A DNA stretch of 64,000 bases, taken from Bacteriovoracaceae bacterium (GTDB lineage: Bacteria > Bdellovibrionota > Bacteriovoracia > Bacteriovoracales > Bacteriovoracaceae). Under the pieces are notes generated by a model that was not told the origin of the DNA, did no database searches, and saw nothing but the letters and a program-made list of their open reading frames with translations. Positions 9,601 to 18,653 of the stretch are shown piece after piece. Numbering within the stretch: position 1 is the first letter of the stretch; the number at the start of each line of letters is the position of its first letter. The stretch is from the NCBI GenBank assembly GCA_965217035.1, contig OZ244226.1, forward strand, positions 848,146 to 912,145, in the 5' to 3' direction. A program made the translations under genes and the position numbers.

Positions 9601-9630
9601 TGAAAGAAAGTGAAAGAAAGTGTAAGAAAA
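9601..9630. repeat. tandem decamer repeat TGAAAGAAAG x2 plus a degenerate third copy (TGTAAGAAAA)
   Basis: Read directly at 9601-9610, 9611-9620 and 9621-9630. It lies in the 110-nt spacer between the stop of 9631..11400 and the start of 6653..9520. Confidence 0.6.
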
Positions 9631-11400
9631 CTAAATCGTCGTTTCTCTTCCTAAACTTTTCAACAACTTAGCTTTAGTTCCAGTAACAATTCTCTTAAGT
9701 ATTGGTCCATCACTTGATGCTCCGTCAGAGACTGTATTTCCAATCATTTGAATCTCTACAATCCCCTCTTTGATATTGTTATCATTTAGCTCATTTCTCA
9801 CCATGAGCTTGCCACCGAGTTCAGTTAAAAGTTCTTGCCCTGTGACAAGGTTAAGATCGATAAGCTTCCTAACGCTTTGCTCTCCATGATTGAGGTATTC
9901 AAGTTCAGCCGTGTTAAATAAAAGTCCTTTGATTCTGAATTGTACTTTAGAATCAGCCGCTAAAGTATTCACTTTAATCAATCTTGATGTAGATGAAATT
10001 TCAAGCTCATTAAAACCTTTCTCAAGTCGAGACATAATACTATAAAGAACTTGTTCGATAGATTCCTTATCAACAGAAATTTGAAAGTCTTGATAGCTAC
10101 TTGCAAATTCCCACTTTAGATTTGAATTTTTAGATCTTTTCATAAAAGTTTTAGCTGTTTGCGAAACAAGCTTTTGAAAAGAAACTTCTTTATCAGCAAC
10201 AATACTCATTGCTTCGTCTTGTGGTTCTGCTGAGATCATTTCAGAGATCTTCTGACCAATAGGATTATCATAATTGACGTTAGAGGAATCAAGCCTTGTC
10301 GTATCAATAGTTTCTCCCAAGGCTTCTTTTACTTTTACAGAGATTTGTTTTAATTCGAAGTTTGAATGATCAGTAGCAATTTCGTTTTGCTTTTGATCCT
10401 GATCAATGAGTTCATCAAATTCATCTGCAAGAGTAAACTCATAACTCGATTCATTATTTAAAGATGATGAACTAACCCACTGATCTTCGAGTTCCTCTTC
10501 AGTTAACTCTAGATTTTCAGCAGATAATTCAATCACATCTGACTTTTTTTCTTGAATTTGTGAAGATTGATTATCAAAAATTGAATTTATATATTCATCA
10601 TCAAATTCAAAAGTATCTGATTTTTCGCTCTTGCTATATTCGAGAGTGCGGTTTGCAGGATAAGCTTTTTCCAATATAAAAGTGTTGTATTCAAGGAAGA
10701 GATTTTTTACAGCTGGAAGCCTGAGGCGATCAAAAACTTGTTCTAAAAGTCTTTCAACCTCAGTTGGATTACTTTCATATTCACCATTAAAAGAATAAGC
10801 CATTCTCTCTATTTCCCTCATACTCTTGCGTCGTTGTGACCAAGTCAAGAGATAAGCAACAATCGATGTTCCAAGCAAAGCGATTGCAAAAATGATAGAA
10901 TATCTAAATTTCTTTAAAGAGTTCTGTAATGACCGAATCTCTTTTGCAAACGCACCAGAAATATCAAAACGAAGTTCCTCTAAACGATTAAATGAATTTA
11001 CAATCCGAGCTAAAGGAATATTTCCAAGGCTAAAGTTCTTGGCCATATTTTTATAGTTAATAAACTCATCATAAACATCATTCGAATATCCCTCAAAATC
11101 GATAAGATTTAATTCGTCAATTTTTCTATCAAATTGAAAGAAGCATTCATCTGTTGAGCTAAAATAATTAGAAGTCATGGCCTTAGCTGAACTAACTCCG
11201 CCTAATAAAGCATAATGTGATTGCCCCACACGATTTGAACAAATTGTGATTCCATTTCTTAGACTTTGAAGGCTTTGAATCGCCGATTCACCTGAACGGT
11301 AACTAAAGCCTCCCACAGTCATGACAATAGCTGATGTTAAAAAACACACCATTAGAATTGCCTGATGAGAGGAACTGAATGAGAAATTCTTGAGTTTCAT
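9631..11400 (-). CDS. membrane protein with acidic linker and degenerate HATPase_c-like C-terminal region, unknown function
   Basis: 589 aa. ATG start. Two hydrophobic helices (ILMVCFLTSAIVMTVGGF; YSIIFAIALLGTSIVAYLL) bracket a ~140-aa loop. A long Glu/Asp/Ser-rich segment follows. The C-terminus IEQVLYSIMSRLEKGF...GGKLMVRNEL...GIVEIQM loosely resembles the N-box and C-terminal end of sensor-kinase ATPase domains but lacks a clear DxGxG. Confidence 0.45.
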   Translation of the reverse strand: MKLKNFSFSSSHQAILMVCFLTSAIVMTVGGFSYRSGESAIQSLQSLRNGITICSNRVGQSHYALLGGVSSAKAMTSNYFSSTDECFFQFDRKIDELNLIDFEGYSNDVYDEFINYKNMAKNFSLGNIPLARIVNSFNRLEELRFDISGAFAKEIRSLQNSLKKFRYSIIFAIALLGTSIVAYLLTWSQRRKSMREIERMAYSFNGEYESNPTEVERLLEQVFDRLRLPAVKNLFLEYNTFILEKAYPANRTLEYSKSEKSDTFEFDDEYINSIFDNQSSQIQEKKSDVIELSAENLELTEEELEDQWVSSSSLNNESSYEFTLADEFDELIDQDQKQNEIATDHSNFELKQISVKVKEALGETIDTTRLDSSNVNYDNPIGQKISEMISAEPQDEAMSIVADKEVSFQKLVSQTAKTFMKRSKNSNLKWEFASSYQDFQISVDKESIEQVLYSIMSRLEKGFNELEISSTSRLIKVNTLAADSKVQFRIKGLLFNTAELEYLNHGEQSVRKLIDLNLVTGQELLTELGGKLMVRNELNDNNIKEGIVEIQMIGNTVSDGASSDGPILKRIVTGTKAKLLKSLGRETTI

Positions 11401-11507
11401 AAAACTTCCTGTTTAATCCTGTAAAAATTTCTGGGTATTTGTAATCTTCCTGACAATCTCTTCACTGAAATGGATATTTTCCTTTCCTTGGTGTATTTTC
11501 AGTGAGT

Positions 11508-12257
11508 ATGTTGGACGCTGACAGGACACACAGAAATCTCCTTATTTCGTTGCTTGCAACGGTCACAATCCATAGTATCCTGCTTTTTTTCAGTTCTCAA
11601 ATACTCAATTTTGACCGTGAAAATGATGCAGAGTCCGTAGATAATGACCGACTCACTATTGAATTCAAGTTTGTAGGAGTTGAGAAATCGAAGTCCCAAA
11701 ACAAGGTCTTTGCGCAGAGCAGTGCAAAAAAAACTAAAAGAGCCCAAAACTCAGCTGGAAAAAAAACTGTCCGCAAGGTTAAAACCCTTAAATTTGAAGA
11801 AAGTAAAAGTTTTAGGAAACAACTCCCAATGGCGCTTCAAAGCTCAAGCCTGGCCCAATCCAACTCTACTTTTTCTTTAGAGATTCCAAAAGGTGTTCCT
11901 GAAGAGGAACTTAACGAACTTCAAAGAGTTCTCTACTCTTTCTATCTTCGTCTCCAAGGCCAGTATGTTTCGACACTTGTTGATAAATATATGGATAAAC
12001 AAAGAAAAAACCCTCGTTATCAAATTCCTATAAACAGAGATCGGGATCGTGTCACTTTAAGAGCGACCTATGATCTTAATGGGAACATAGTTAGAATAAA
12101 AACATTACTTTCAGCCAGACATAAAAATCATTCAGAATTTTTCCTGGATGCCGTGAAAGAAATAGAAGCAATCCCAAATCCTCCTGATATCTTGCTCGAT
12201 AAGAAAAAGCAATTTCATGTAAACTATGATTTGAGACTCAATCCAATTTATTATTAA
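11508..12257 (+). CDS. membrane-anchored basic protein, unknown function
   Basis: The track start at 11502 is GTG; the first ATG is at 11508. N-terminal anchor LLISLLATVTIHSILLFF, then a Lys/Ser-rich linker and a ~120-aa C-terminal domain. The topology is TonB-like but no TonB motif was seen. Confidence 0.45.
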   Translation: MLDADRTHRNLLISLLATVTIHSILLFFSSQILNFDRENDAESVDNDRLTIEFKFVGVEKSKSQNKVFAQSSAKKTKRAQNSAGKKTVRKVKTLKFEESKSFRKQLPMALQSSSLAQSNSTFSLEIPKGVPEEELNELQRVLYSFYLRLQGQYVSTLVDKYMDKQRKNPRYQIPINRDRDRVTLRATYDLNGNIVRIKTLLSARHKNHSEFFLDAVKEIEAIPNPPDILLDKKKQFHVNYDLRLNPIYY

Positions 12258-12973
12258 GATTTGATTTTTCGTAAAGCTTTGAGAATTTGTTGACTCACTC
12301 TTTTTTGATCTTCAAGAGAAATCCCATAATTAGGCAAGAATTTAGAAATGAGAGCTGATTGAGTATCTTCACTACTTGTATTGAGAATCGAATAGATTTC
12401 AATATTTTTTTGATAGAAAAAATGGTTATCACTATCGTTAAATCGAATTTCATTTTGGTCATAAGTTCTTTCTTCGAGATCAACTCCAAGCACCAACTTC
12501 GCATTATAGAGGGTTTCAATATATTGAGCTCTCGAAAGATCAAGAATATGAGAAATATCACTCGCAGAAAATCTATATTTATGTGAAAGAGCGAGAACAA
12601 GCCTTTCTTTCCAATTCAATTTTTCAAATTCGAGAGAGGCTTTTGTTTTTAAACGAGATAAAAAATCTCTTTTAAAGAAAAAAACTAGTTTCTTAACAAG
12701 GAAGAAAAAATCATTCCTCTTGAATACATATTGACTGGGATTAAAATCACCAAGCCTCATCTCTACCTTAAAACGTGATTGATTTTTATAGAAAAATAAA
12801 CTCACAGCTTTTTCGACAAGAACTGAAGCGCTGGAGGATTCCATGCAAAGATAATTCGCAACTCCTAATAGATCTGTCGCTAATCGAGAGTTTGTTAGAA
12901 GAGGTCTTGAAGCCTTATTACTTGATTGATTTACTATTCCGTTAGGTTCCATCTCAAATAGTTTACTCAACAA
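12254..12973 (-). CDS. hypothetical protein with sigma-70 region-4-like HTH (ECF sigma-like)
   Basis: LNWKERLVLALSHKYRFSASDISHILDLSRAQYIETLYNAKLVL fits the sigma70_r4_2 pattern. Region 2 is not clearly recognisable. The start is uncertain (TTG at 12973, ATG at 12952). 4-nt convergent overlap with 11508..12257. Confidence 0.4.
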   Translation of the reverse strand: MLSKLFEMEPNGIVNQSSNKASRPLLTNSRLATDLLGVANYLCMESSSASVLVEKAVSLFFYKNQSRFKVEMRLGDFNPSQYVFKRNDFFFLVKKLVFFFKRDFLSRLKTKASLEFEKLNWKERLVLALSHKYRFSASDISHILDLSRAQYIETLYNAKLVLGVDLEERTYDQNEIRFNDSDNHFFYQKNIEIYSILNTSSEDTQSALISKFLPNYGISLEDQKRVSQQILKALRKIKS

Positions 12974-13124
12974 ATGTAAAAATTAAAACTTGAGAAAAAT
13001 ACTTCTCGGCGATATTTGCTCTTTGTTGAGCAAGAACGACAAATTTAATAGACTTTAATCAGAGTCTTTTTTAAGTACAATGTATAAGAGACTTTTTTAT
13101 CAAGGGACTTAAGGAGAGAGTGCC

Positions 13125-13961
13125 ATGAAAATCTACTCATTACTGACATCGCTAATGCTAGGATTGCTTTTATCATGTGATTCAGAAAATTCAGTTGGAA
13201 CTTCATTATCAGGAAACCTATCAACTAATAATAATGGTGCGACATCAAGTTCTAGTTCTAATAACGGAGGAAGCGTTAGCTGCACAGGAACTTCGTCTGA
13301 TGGTTATAATGATCAAGTAAACAATCCAGCTGTTCCAAGCCCAACACCACTCTTTCAATACGAGGTTAATTTAGCAGGTTCTCAAGGTTGGATTGTTGGT
13401 AACAGTCCAGTTGATAATTCTCTCGATATTGAGCAAGCTGTTCAAGCTCTAAGTAATGACGGAGCTTACTACTTACGTTTTAGAACACTTCCAAGCGTAA
13501 AACCACCACAGGGAGAAGAGTTCTGTCCTGGTCGACAGACTGGTATCGCATGGATGGAGCATTACTCAAAACTACAATTTAATATTTATAGACATTCCTA
13601 TGCAGTTCAGTTCAATGCTGCCTATCAAGTTCTTGATGTCATTCAACTCACCGGAGAGGGAGGAGTTTATCTGACTACGACAGAACTCGTTGATACAAAT
13701 AGCTGTTCTAATATTATAAAAATTCCATCGCTTTCGGTTGGACAAATACCATCAGGTTACACTGCAGTAACCTTGTTTGAAATTAAAACAGCACGTTCAG
13801 ATGCCCAACATCTTTACTGTAACAAAATTGGTAATTGTGCGGACCCAGAACTCTATGACCCTTCTTACGACGTAAGACCTGCTGATTGTTGGAGAATGAC
13901 TGTTCAAGTAGCAACGAATAAAACTCATTTTTTCAAGGGTTATAATCGATCTGATATCTAG
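13125..13961 (+). CDS. lipoprotein, unknown function
   Basis: 278 aa. GGAGAG SD upstream of the ATG. Signal plus lipobox MKIYSLLTSLMLGLLLSC. A Ser/Asn/Gly-rich linker precedes a Cys-containing globular part. Confidence 0.6.
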   Translation: MKIYSLLTSLMLGLLLSCDSENSVGTSLSGNLSTNNNGATSSSSSNNGGSVSCTGTSSDGYNDQVNNPAVPSPTPLFQYEVNLAGSQGWIVGNSPVDNSLDIEQAVQALSNDGAYYLRFRTLPSVKPPQGEEFCPGRQTGIAWMEHYSKLQFNIYRHSYAVQFNAAYQVLDVIQLTGEGGVYLTTTELVDTNSCSNIIKIPSLSVGQIPSGYTAVTLFEIKTARSDAQHLYCNKIGNCADPELYDPSYDVRPADCWRMTVQVATNKTHFFKGYNRSDI

Positions 13962-14917
13962 GACTTTAGATTAGGAAGCATCCTTTCAACGAGATTCTCA
14001 CCTTTAGCATTAGAGACTTCAACTAATAGCCCTGGGCAGGTTACGTTCACTTCTGAAATTTTATTCGCAAGAATATCAAAAGCAACGAGAAGAATACCTT
14101 GTTCTTTAAGCTTCCAACAAATCTCTTCACACTTCTTTTTGAGATGAGAAGCAAGAGGTTCCACATTAAACTTTGCACCCTGAGCAATATTGCTAAGATA
14201 ACTCCCTTCTGGTGGAAACTTTCTAATTGTTCCGATTTCTTCTCCAATCCAAAAGATTGTTCGAATTTCTCCCTCTGTTCGTACTTCTTCTAAAAAGGGT
14301 TGCATAATCAAAGATCCCTCTTCATTTTTCAAGATCTTAGAAACGGAAGCTGAGAAACTTTCATTAATTAGAACTTTATGAATTCCAATACCAGAAAATG
14401 AATTAAGTGGCTTAAAAATAGCTTCTTTAAAGCCTTGCACTTTTAATGTCTTTGCAAACTCTTCAAATGCTAATTGGCTTGAACCAATACAAGAATCTAA
14501 GGCAAGTTCGTCTTCATAAGCTAAAAGTTTTTCATTATGAAGGAGTATTCCTTCCGGAGAATTAAGAACGTTAATTTCTTTATGAACTTCTAGAAACCTC
14601 AGTAACCATGCTGATTTCAAATAAGCTTCAGTAACTGGTGGGTCTAGCCGAAAATGGATAAAATCGCCCTTAGAGCAAGTTTGAATGGTTTTACTCGTTA
14701 ATTTAAACTTTTCAATATAAAAGTCACTTCCGATGATCCCATTAAATTCGTAGACCTGAAAGGCTAAGGCTTCATGGAAGTTTGTAATATAAAAGTCTTC
14801 ATCGAAAAGTAAGTAAACATCTTCTCCCTTAGCTTTTAAAGTCAGCGCCATAAAAAGAGAAGAATCTTTCTTCGTATTTAATTTTCCTATAGGGTCAATA
14901 TAAAAAAAGTGTTTCAT
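13958..14917 (-). CDS. gshB: glutathione synthetase (ATP-grasp, prokaryotic GshB type)
   Basis: MKHFFYIDPIGKLNTKKDSSLFMALTLKAKGEDVYLL is the typical GshB N-domain. GEIRTIFWIGEEIG and the ATP-grasp C-terminus are present. The track start at 14932 is TTG. The ATG at 14917 forms an ATGA overlap with the upstream stop. Confidence 0.8.
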   Translation of the reverse strand: MKHFFYIDPIGKLNTKKDSSLFMALTLKAKGEDVYLLFDEDFYITNFHEALAFQVYEFNGIIGSDFYIEKFKLTSKTIQTCSKGDFIHFRLDPPVTEAYLKSAWLLRFLEVHKEINVLNSPEGILLHNEKLLAYEDELALDSCIGSSQLAFEEFAKTLKVQGFKEAIFKPLNSFSGIGIHKVLINESFSASVSKILKNEEGSLIMQPFLEEVRTEGEIRTIFWIGEEIGTIRKFPPEGSYLSNIAQGAKFNVEPLASHLKKKCEEICWKLKEQGILLVAFDILANKISEVNVTCPGLLVEVSNAKGENLVERMLPNLKS

Positions 14918-15999
14918 TGTTTTTCTATCCAAGTATGAAATTTAATGCTTGGTTTGATTCTTTTGTACTCTTTATACTTTTCATCGAGATAATTGAAAAG
15001 CTCTTTTAAGCTCAAAGATTTTTCTTGATGAAGTTTTTTGATAAACCCTACCTTCTTTTCATAAGTCATATACGCCGCAAAACGCGCATTATTCCAAGAA
15101 ACTCTTATAGGATAGCAATTCTCAGATTTTATATTCATTTTTTTACAAGCGGACTTCATGGAAGGAATAAACTGGGTATCAAGAAACTCTTTTAAAAGGA
15201 TATCCGCTTCTTTCTTATTTTTTGGTTCTTGCTTCTTTAAAATTTCTTTGTAACGATCAATCAAATTCACTAAGGAAAACCTAAGACCTTCAAACTTCTT
15301 AGCCTGTTCCAAACGCTTTTCTTGTTGTTTGTTTCCTATTTTGAAGTACTCATACATCATCTCTTTTCCAAAATAGTTAGCGAGATTTTCATTTAAATCA
15401 ACATTATCTTTTATGAAAAAAATCGTATGAAAGAGTTCATGAAAGATTAGCTCAGCAAGATCTTCATCTTTATATTGAAAAAAAGAAGAAAGAATTTTAT
15501 CTTCAAAATTTCCAAGGCTTGAATAAGCGTAGACTGGGCGAATATAAGTATAATACTGATCCTCTTCTTTTTCTTTAGCATAACTCTTTGCTGATTCTTC
15601 ATCGAAGAATCCAAGATAAGGAAATTCCCCTACGAATGGAAACCACTCATTATGAGGTTCGATCTTATTGTAAAGAGAAGCAATAACAAGATGCGAGACA
15701 GCTTCTCTGTCTAAAAAAGTGACCTCCGAATAGATCGAAGTAGGCTCTTTTTCAAAATAATTATAAAAATGATTTTTATAAGCTTGAATTTTTTTTATTT
15801 GTCCTTTAACGTCAGCTGGTACTTTAGGATCCTCAAGAACCTCTTCATAACCTCTTCCATTCCATTGAATTTTAAATTGTCCCCACCCCTGCTCGGTGAC
15901 ATAAGTAACTTTAGCACAAGATAATGTGAGAAAAATAAAACTATTGAGGAGTAATGAACTTCCCTTGGCAAGAAAGAGCTGTGGCTTCTGTGATTTCAA
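14914..15999 (-). CDS. predicted zinc aminopeptidase (DUF2265/PF10023-like) lipoprotein
   Basis: The HELFH motif (LIFHELFHTIFF) sits in the position typical of the 'predicted aminopeptidase' family. Lipobox FIFLTLSC. The track start at 16041 (TTG) would overlap miaB by 100 nt. The in-frame TTG at 15999 gives MKSQKPQLFLAKGSSLLLNSFIFLTLSC. The start remains uncertain. Confidence 0.55.
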   Translation of the reverse strand: MKSQKPQLFLAKGSSLLLNSFIFLTLSCAKVTYVTEQGWGQFKIQWNGRGYEEVLEDPKVPADVKGQIKKIQAYKNHFYNYFEKEPTSIYSEVTFLDREAVSHLVIASLYNKIEPHNEWFPFVGEFPYLGFFDEESAKSYAKEKEEDQYYTYIRPVYAYSSLGNFEDKILSSFFQYKDEDLAELIFHELFHTIFFIKDNVDLNENLANYFGKEMMYEYFKIGNKQQEKRLEQAKKFEGLRFSLVNLIDRYKEILKKQEPKNKKEADILLKEFLDTQFIPSMKSACKKMNIKSENCYPIRVSWNNARFAAYMTYEKKVGFIKKLHQEKSLSLKELFNYLDEKYKEYKRIKPSIKFHTWIEKQ

Positions 16000-17305
16000 C
16001 GTGTTTCCATTTCCATTTGAGATTTTCTTCTGTGCTATCAATATGGACTATTCTAGAACAATCAGTACGGCCCTTCCACTTTTCGATACCTTTCATGGTA
16101 TTTTTCCCTTCAATAAGAACTCGATAGACCTTTCCGACCATTTGCTTTCTGATTTTTTCTTGAATTTTAAGTTGATAAGCTTGAATTTCTCTCAAACGAC
16201 GCCCTCGAATATCTCGAGTAAGGATATCTTCCATCCGAGCAGCTTTTGTTCCTTTACGAACAGAAAAAGCATAAGAGTAAATAAAATCAAATTGAGCAGC
16301 ATCAAGTAACTTCAATGTATCTCTGTGCTCTTCTTCCCTCTCATTGGGAAATCCTGCAATAATATCTGAAGAAATCACAATATCTGGATTAGACTTCCTC
16401 AGTTTCTCTAAAAGCCCAAGATAATGCTCAGCTGTGTACTGCCTCAACATTCTTTGTAGAACAGAGTTAGAACCAGATTGAACAGGAAGATGAAGATGTG
16501 GAGAAAGCTTCTTAGCTGAACCATGAACAGCAATCAATTCATCACTCACATCATAAGGATGACTTGTTGTATAACGAATGAGTTCCAAACCATTAACTTC
16601 ATCAAGTGCTTGAATCAGCATCGCAAGAGACTCGTCATTTTCCTTTCCATAAGAGTTAACATTTTGACCAAGCAAAGTAATCTCTTGAATTCCTTGATAC
16701 TCGACAAGTTTACGAACATCATCAACGACTTCTTTTAACCGACGAGACTTCTCTCTTCCACGAGTAAAGGGGACAATACAATAAGAACAAAACTTATCAC
16801 AACCTTTAATAATATTCACAAAAGCTTGAGGGGTTCCGTGAGTGATTTGAGTTTCGATTGAATAGTCAGAACTTCGATCCCAGGTATTGACGTGGAATTT
16901 ATTATCGCCGGCGTAACTGCGATAAACGAAGTCATTAATACTATCAATAACATCCGTACCAAAAGCAAAATCAAGTTGAGGGTATTTCTTGATTAGTTCT
17001 TTTCCATCAGTCTGAGCAATACAACCACAAACTGCGACCTTTGGTTTCTTTTCTTTTTTCTTTAAGTGTTTTGTTTCACCTAAATGAGAATAAAACTTTT
17101 GATTAGCCAAATCGCGAACGGCACAGGTATTAAAAATCAGAAGATCAGCATCTTCTTGAGTTTCAGTTTTTTCAAAGTTTAATTTTTTAAGATGACTGAA
17201 TAAGCGCTCACTATCATGGTAGTTCATTTGGCAACCATAGGTTTTCACCCATACTTTTCGTTCAGGGAACTCAATGTCGCCAAGCACAATATTCTTATCA
17301 GTCAT
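15941..17305 (-). CDS. miaB: tRNA-2-methylthio-N6-dimethylallyladenosine synthase MiaB (radical SAM methylthiotransferase)
   Basis: KVWVKTYGCQMN (UPF0004 domain), radical-SAM CDKFCSYCIVP (CxxxCxxC), and a C-terminal TRAM domain (GKVYRVLIEG...). The ATG at 17305 (MTDKNIV...) is preferred over the extended track start at 17350. Confidence 0.9.
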   Translation of the reverse strand: MTDKNIVLGDIEFPERKVWVKTYGCQMNYHDSERLFSHLKKLNFEKTETQEDADLLIFNTCAVRDLANQKFYSHLGETKHLKKKEKKPKVAVCGCIAQTDGKELIKKYPQLDFAFGTDVIDSINDFVYRSYAGDNKFHVNTWDRSSDYSIETQITHGTPQAFVNIIKGCDKFCSYCIVPFTRGREKSRRLKEVVDDVRKLVEYQGIQEITLLGQNVNSYGKENDESLAMLIQALDEVNGLELIRYTTSHPYDVSDELIAVHGSAKKLSPHLHLPVQSGSNSVLQRMLRQYTAEHYLGLLEKLRKSNPDIVISSDIIAGFPNEREEEHRDTLKLLDAAQFDFIYSYAFSVRKGTKAARMEDILTRDIRGRRLREIQAYQLKIQEKIRKQMVGKVYRVLIEGKNTMKGIEKWKGRTDCSRIVHIDSTEENLKWKWKHVEITEATALSCQGKFITPQ

Positions 17306-17460
17306 GCAGGTAGATATCATATTTTGAAGCTGAGTGCCAAGTGGACACAAAGAGGATCGACCGCAAATCCTCTTTGCCCAAGAAATTAAAAATACATACT
17401 ACGGTCCAGAGCTCAGTCACCGGAAAAACCGATGAATTTCTATATTTTTAAAAAATGACC

Positions 17461-17693
17461 TTAAAAAAACCCGTTTTTCTCCAGTTCAAAAAGTGACATA
17501 CTCTTTGAACAACGAAGCGTATCTCGAGTTCCTTTCCCACTTCCGTTCAACCTTTTAATCTCAACAAAGTAATATGGAAAAACATAACTGAAATAACTCA
17601 AACTCGCCTTTGATTTGCCTTTACCGTTTACAAACATTTCTTGAGAATAAACGGAAACTGAGAAAACAAAGTTAATAAAATCAAAGCTTTCAT
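17461..17693 (-). pseudogene. small secreted protein gene with apparent -1 frameshift (or 1-nt assembly error) inside the signal peptide
   Basis: The ATG at 17693 (ATGA overlap with the TIGR02147 stop) reads MKALILLTLFSQFPFILKKCL*. The -1 frame reads ...INFVFSVSVYSQEMFVNGKGKSKASLSYFSYVFPYYFVEIKRLNGSGKGTRDTLRCSKSMSLFELEKNGFF*, with stop at 17461. Joining at TTA-A gives a textbook signal peptide, MKALILLNFVFSVSVYSQ. Confidence 0.35.
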
Positions 17694-18436
17694 TGTATAT
17701 TCTCTTTAGTTAATGGAAAAAAACTTAAACAAAGCTCATAGAGAGCGTCAGGATCTTCTTTTTCATCCATCAGGCTTGCGAACTCACGACGGAATTTCTT
17801 TAAAAGTTCTTTTGCCTTAGGAATATTCTCTTTTTTAATGGAAACCATCATCGAAGAGTGATCTCTTATTTCAACAGGGTCATTTTCAGCAGACTCCATC
17901 GAAAGTTTTAAAAGTTCAAGTTGGTAGTTTCTTCTAGCGAGATTAGTAGAACTACTTGTAATATTTGAAGTATGCCCAGAAGTATTATCCACCCATTCTT
18001 CATCTTCATCTTTTGTAATGAGTTTTTGTTTTTTTAATTTTTCAATCGTAAAACTCGCCTCTTCTTTTGAAATTCCTAACTTTCTTGAAATCCAACTAGA
18101 AGCAAGCCTAAAATCTGAAGACTTCGTTAACTCTAGAACAGCATCGGCATGCCACTTCGAACTGATTTCCAATTCATCAAGTTGGATCAATTGATAAGAA
18201 AGCTCTTCTGAGACCGACAGTTTTTGATCGATTTCAAGCTTATCAATAATGGTTTGCCTTACCTTACCTACTAATTTTCTTTTTCCACTCAAGACCTGAG
18301 ATAAAGAAGTTGGAGACACTTCTAAGTAAGAGGCAAATGCTCTAAGTGAGTATCGATGGTTAAGTGATTTCCTTCTTTTGAACTCAAAATCAAGAAATGA
18401 AAGAATGCCGTCATCAGTTGATTCATTTGATTGCAT
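17690..18436 (-). CDS. TIGR02147-family (DUF4423) HTH protein
   Basis: 248 aa. HRYSLRAFASYLEVSPTSLSQVLSGKRKL is the hallmark N-terminal HTH of this family. It is a paralog of 39758..40600. Confidence 0.7.
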   Translation of the reverse strand: MQSNESTDDGILSFLDFEFKRRKSLNHRYSLRAFASYLEVSPTSLSQVLSGKRKLVGKVRQTIIDKLEIDQKLSVSEELSYQLIQLDELEISSKWHADAVLELTKSSDFRLASSWISRKLGISKEEASFTIEKLKKQKLITKDEDEEWVDNTSGHTSNITSSSTNLARRNYQLELLKLSMESAENDPVEIRDHSSMMVSIKKENIPKAKELLKKFRREFASLMDEKEDPDALYELCLSFFPLTKENIQ

Positions 18437-18474
18437 GCGGTTTTATAACAACCGAACCCTTCCAGAGTAAAGCC

Positions 18475-18507
18475 CTTTGAAACAAAGTGTTTCACTTTGT
18501 TTCAAAG
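18475..18507. promoter_or_regulatory. perfect 15-bp inverted repeat (CTTTGAAACAAAGTG-TTT-CACTTTGTTTCAAAG) upstream of the TIGR02147 gene
   Basis: Read directly: arms at 18475-18489 and 18493-18507 with a 3-nt spacer. It lies 39-71 nt upstream of the ATG at 18436. No T-tract follows on either strand, so an operator is more likely than a terminator. Confidence 0.4.
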
Positions 18508-18653
18508 CGTGAAATTAATACATACCCTCTTAAAAGTCAGATATAAGAGCTCTTCGGTTATTTTCGCAGTCTTCAATCTGAGCTTAAGAGCTGAAAAACT
18601 ATCACTGTTCCGTTAGAAACACGAACAGACGTTCATTTGTTTATTAGAGCAAT

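Noticed and set aside
11499-11747. 82-aa minus-strand ORF overlapping the start of 11508..12257
   Set aside because: It is antisense to a longer ORF and would overlap the divergent promoter region. It has no SD or recognisable motif.
17348-17376. 10-bp perfect hairpin CAAAGAGGAT-N9-ATCCTCTTTG just upstream of miaB, considered as a terminator or attenuator
   Set aside because: No T-tract follows on the transcribed (minus) strand. Its function cannot be inferred from sequence alone. It is noted as a possible mRNA-stability or processing element only.
18605-18628. 6-bp hairpin CTGTTC-N12-GAACAG downstream of 18654..19019, considered as a terminator
   Set aside because: The stem is short with a 12-nt loop, and the T-run on the minus strand starts 6 nt after the stem. 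It is too weak to list as a feature.
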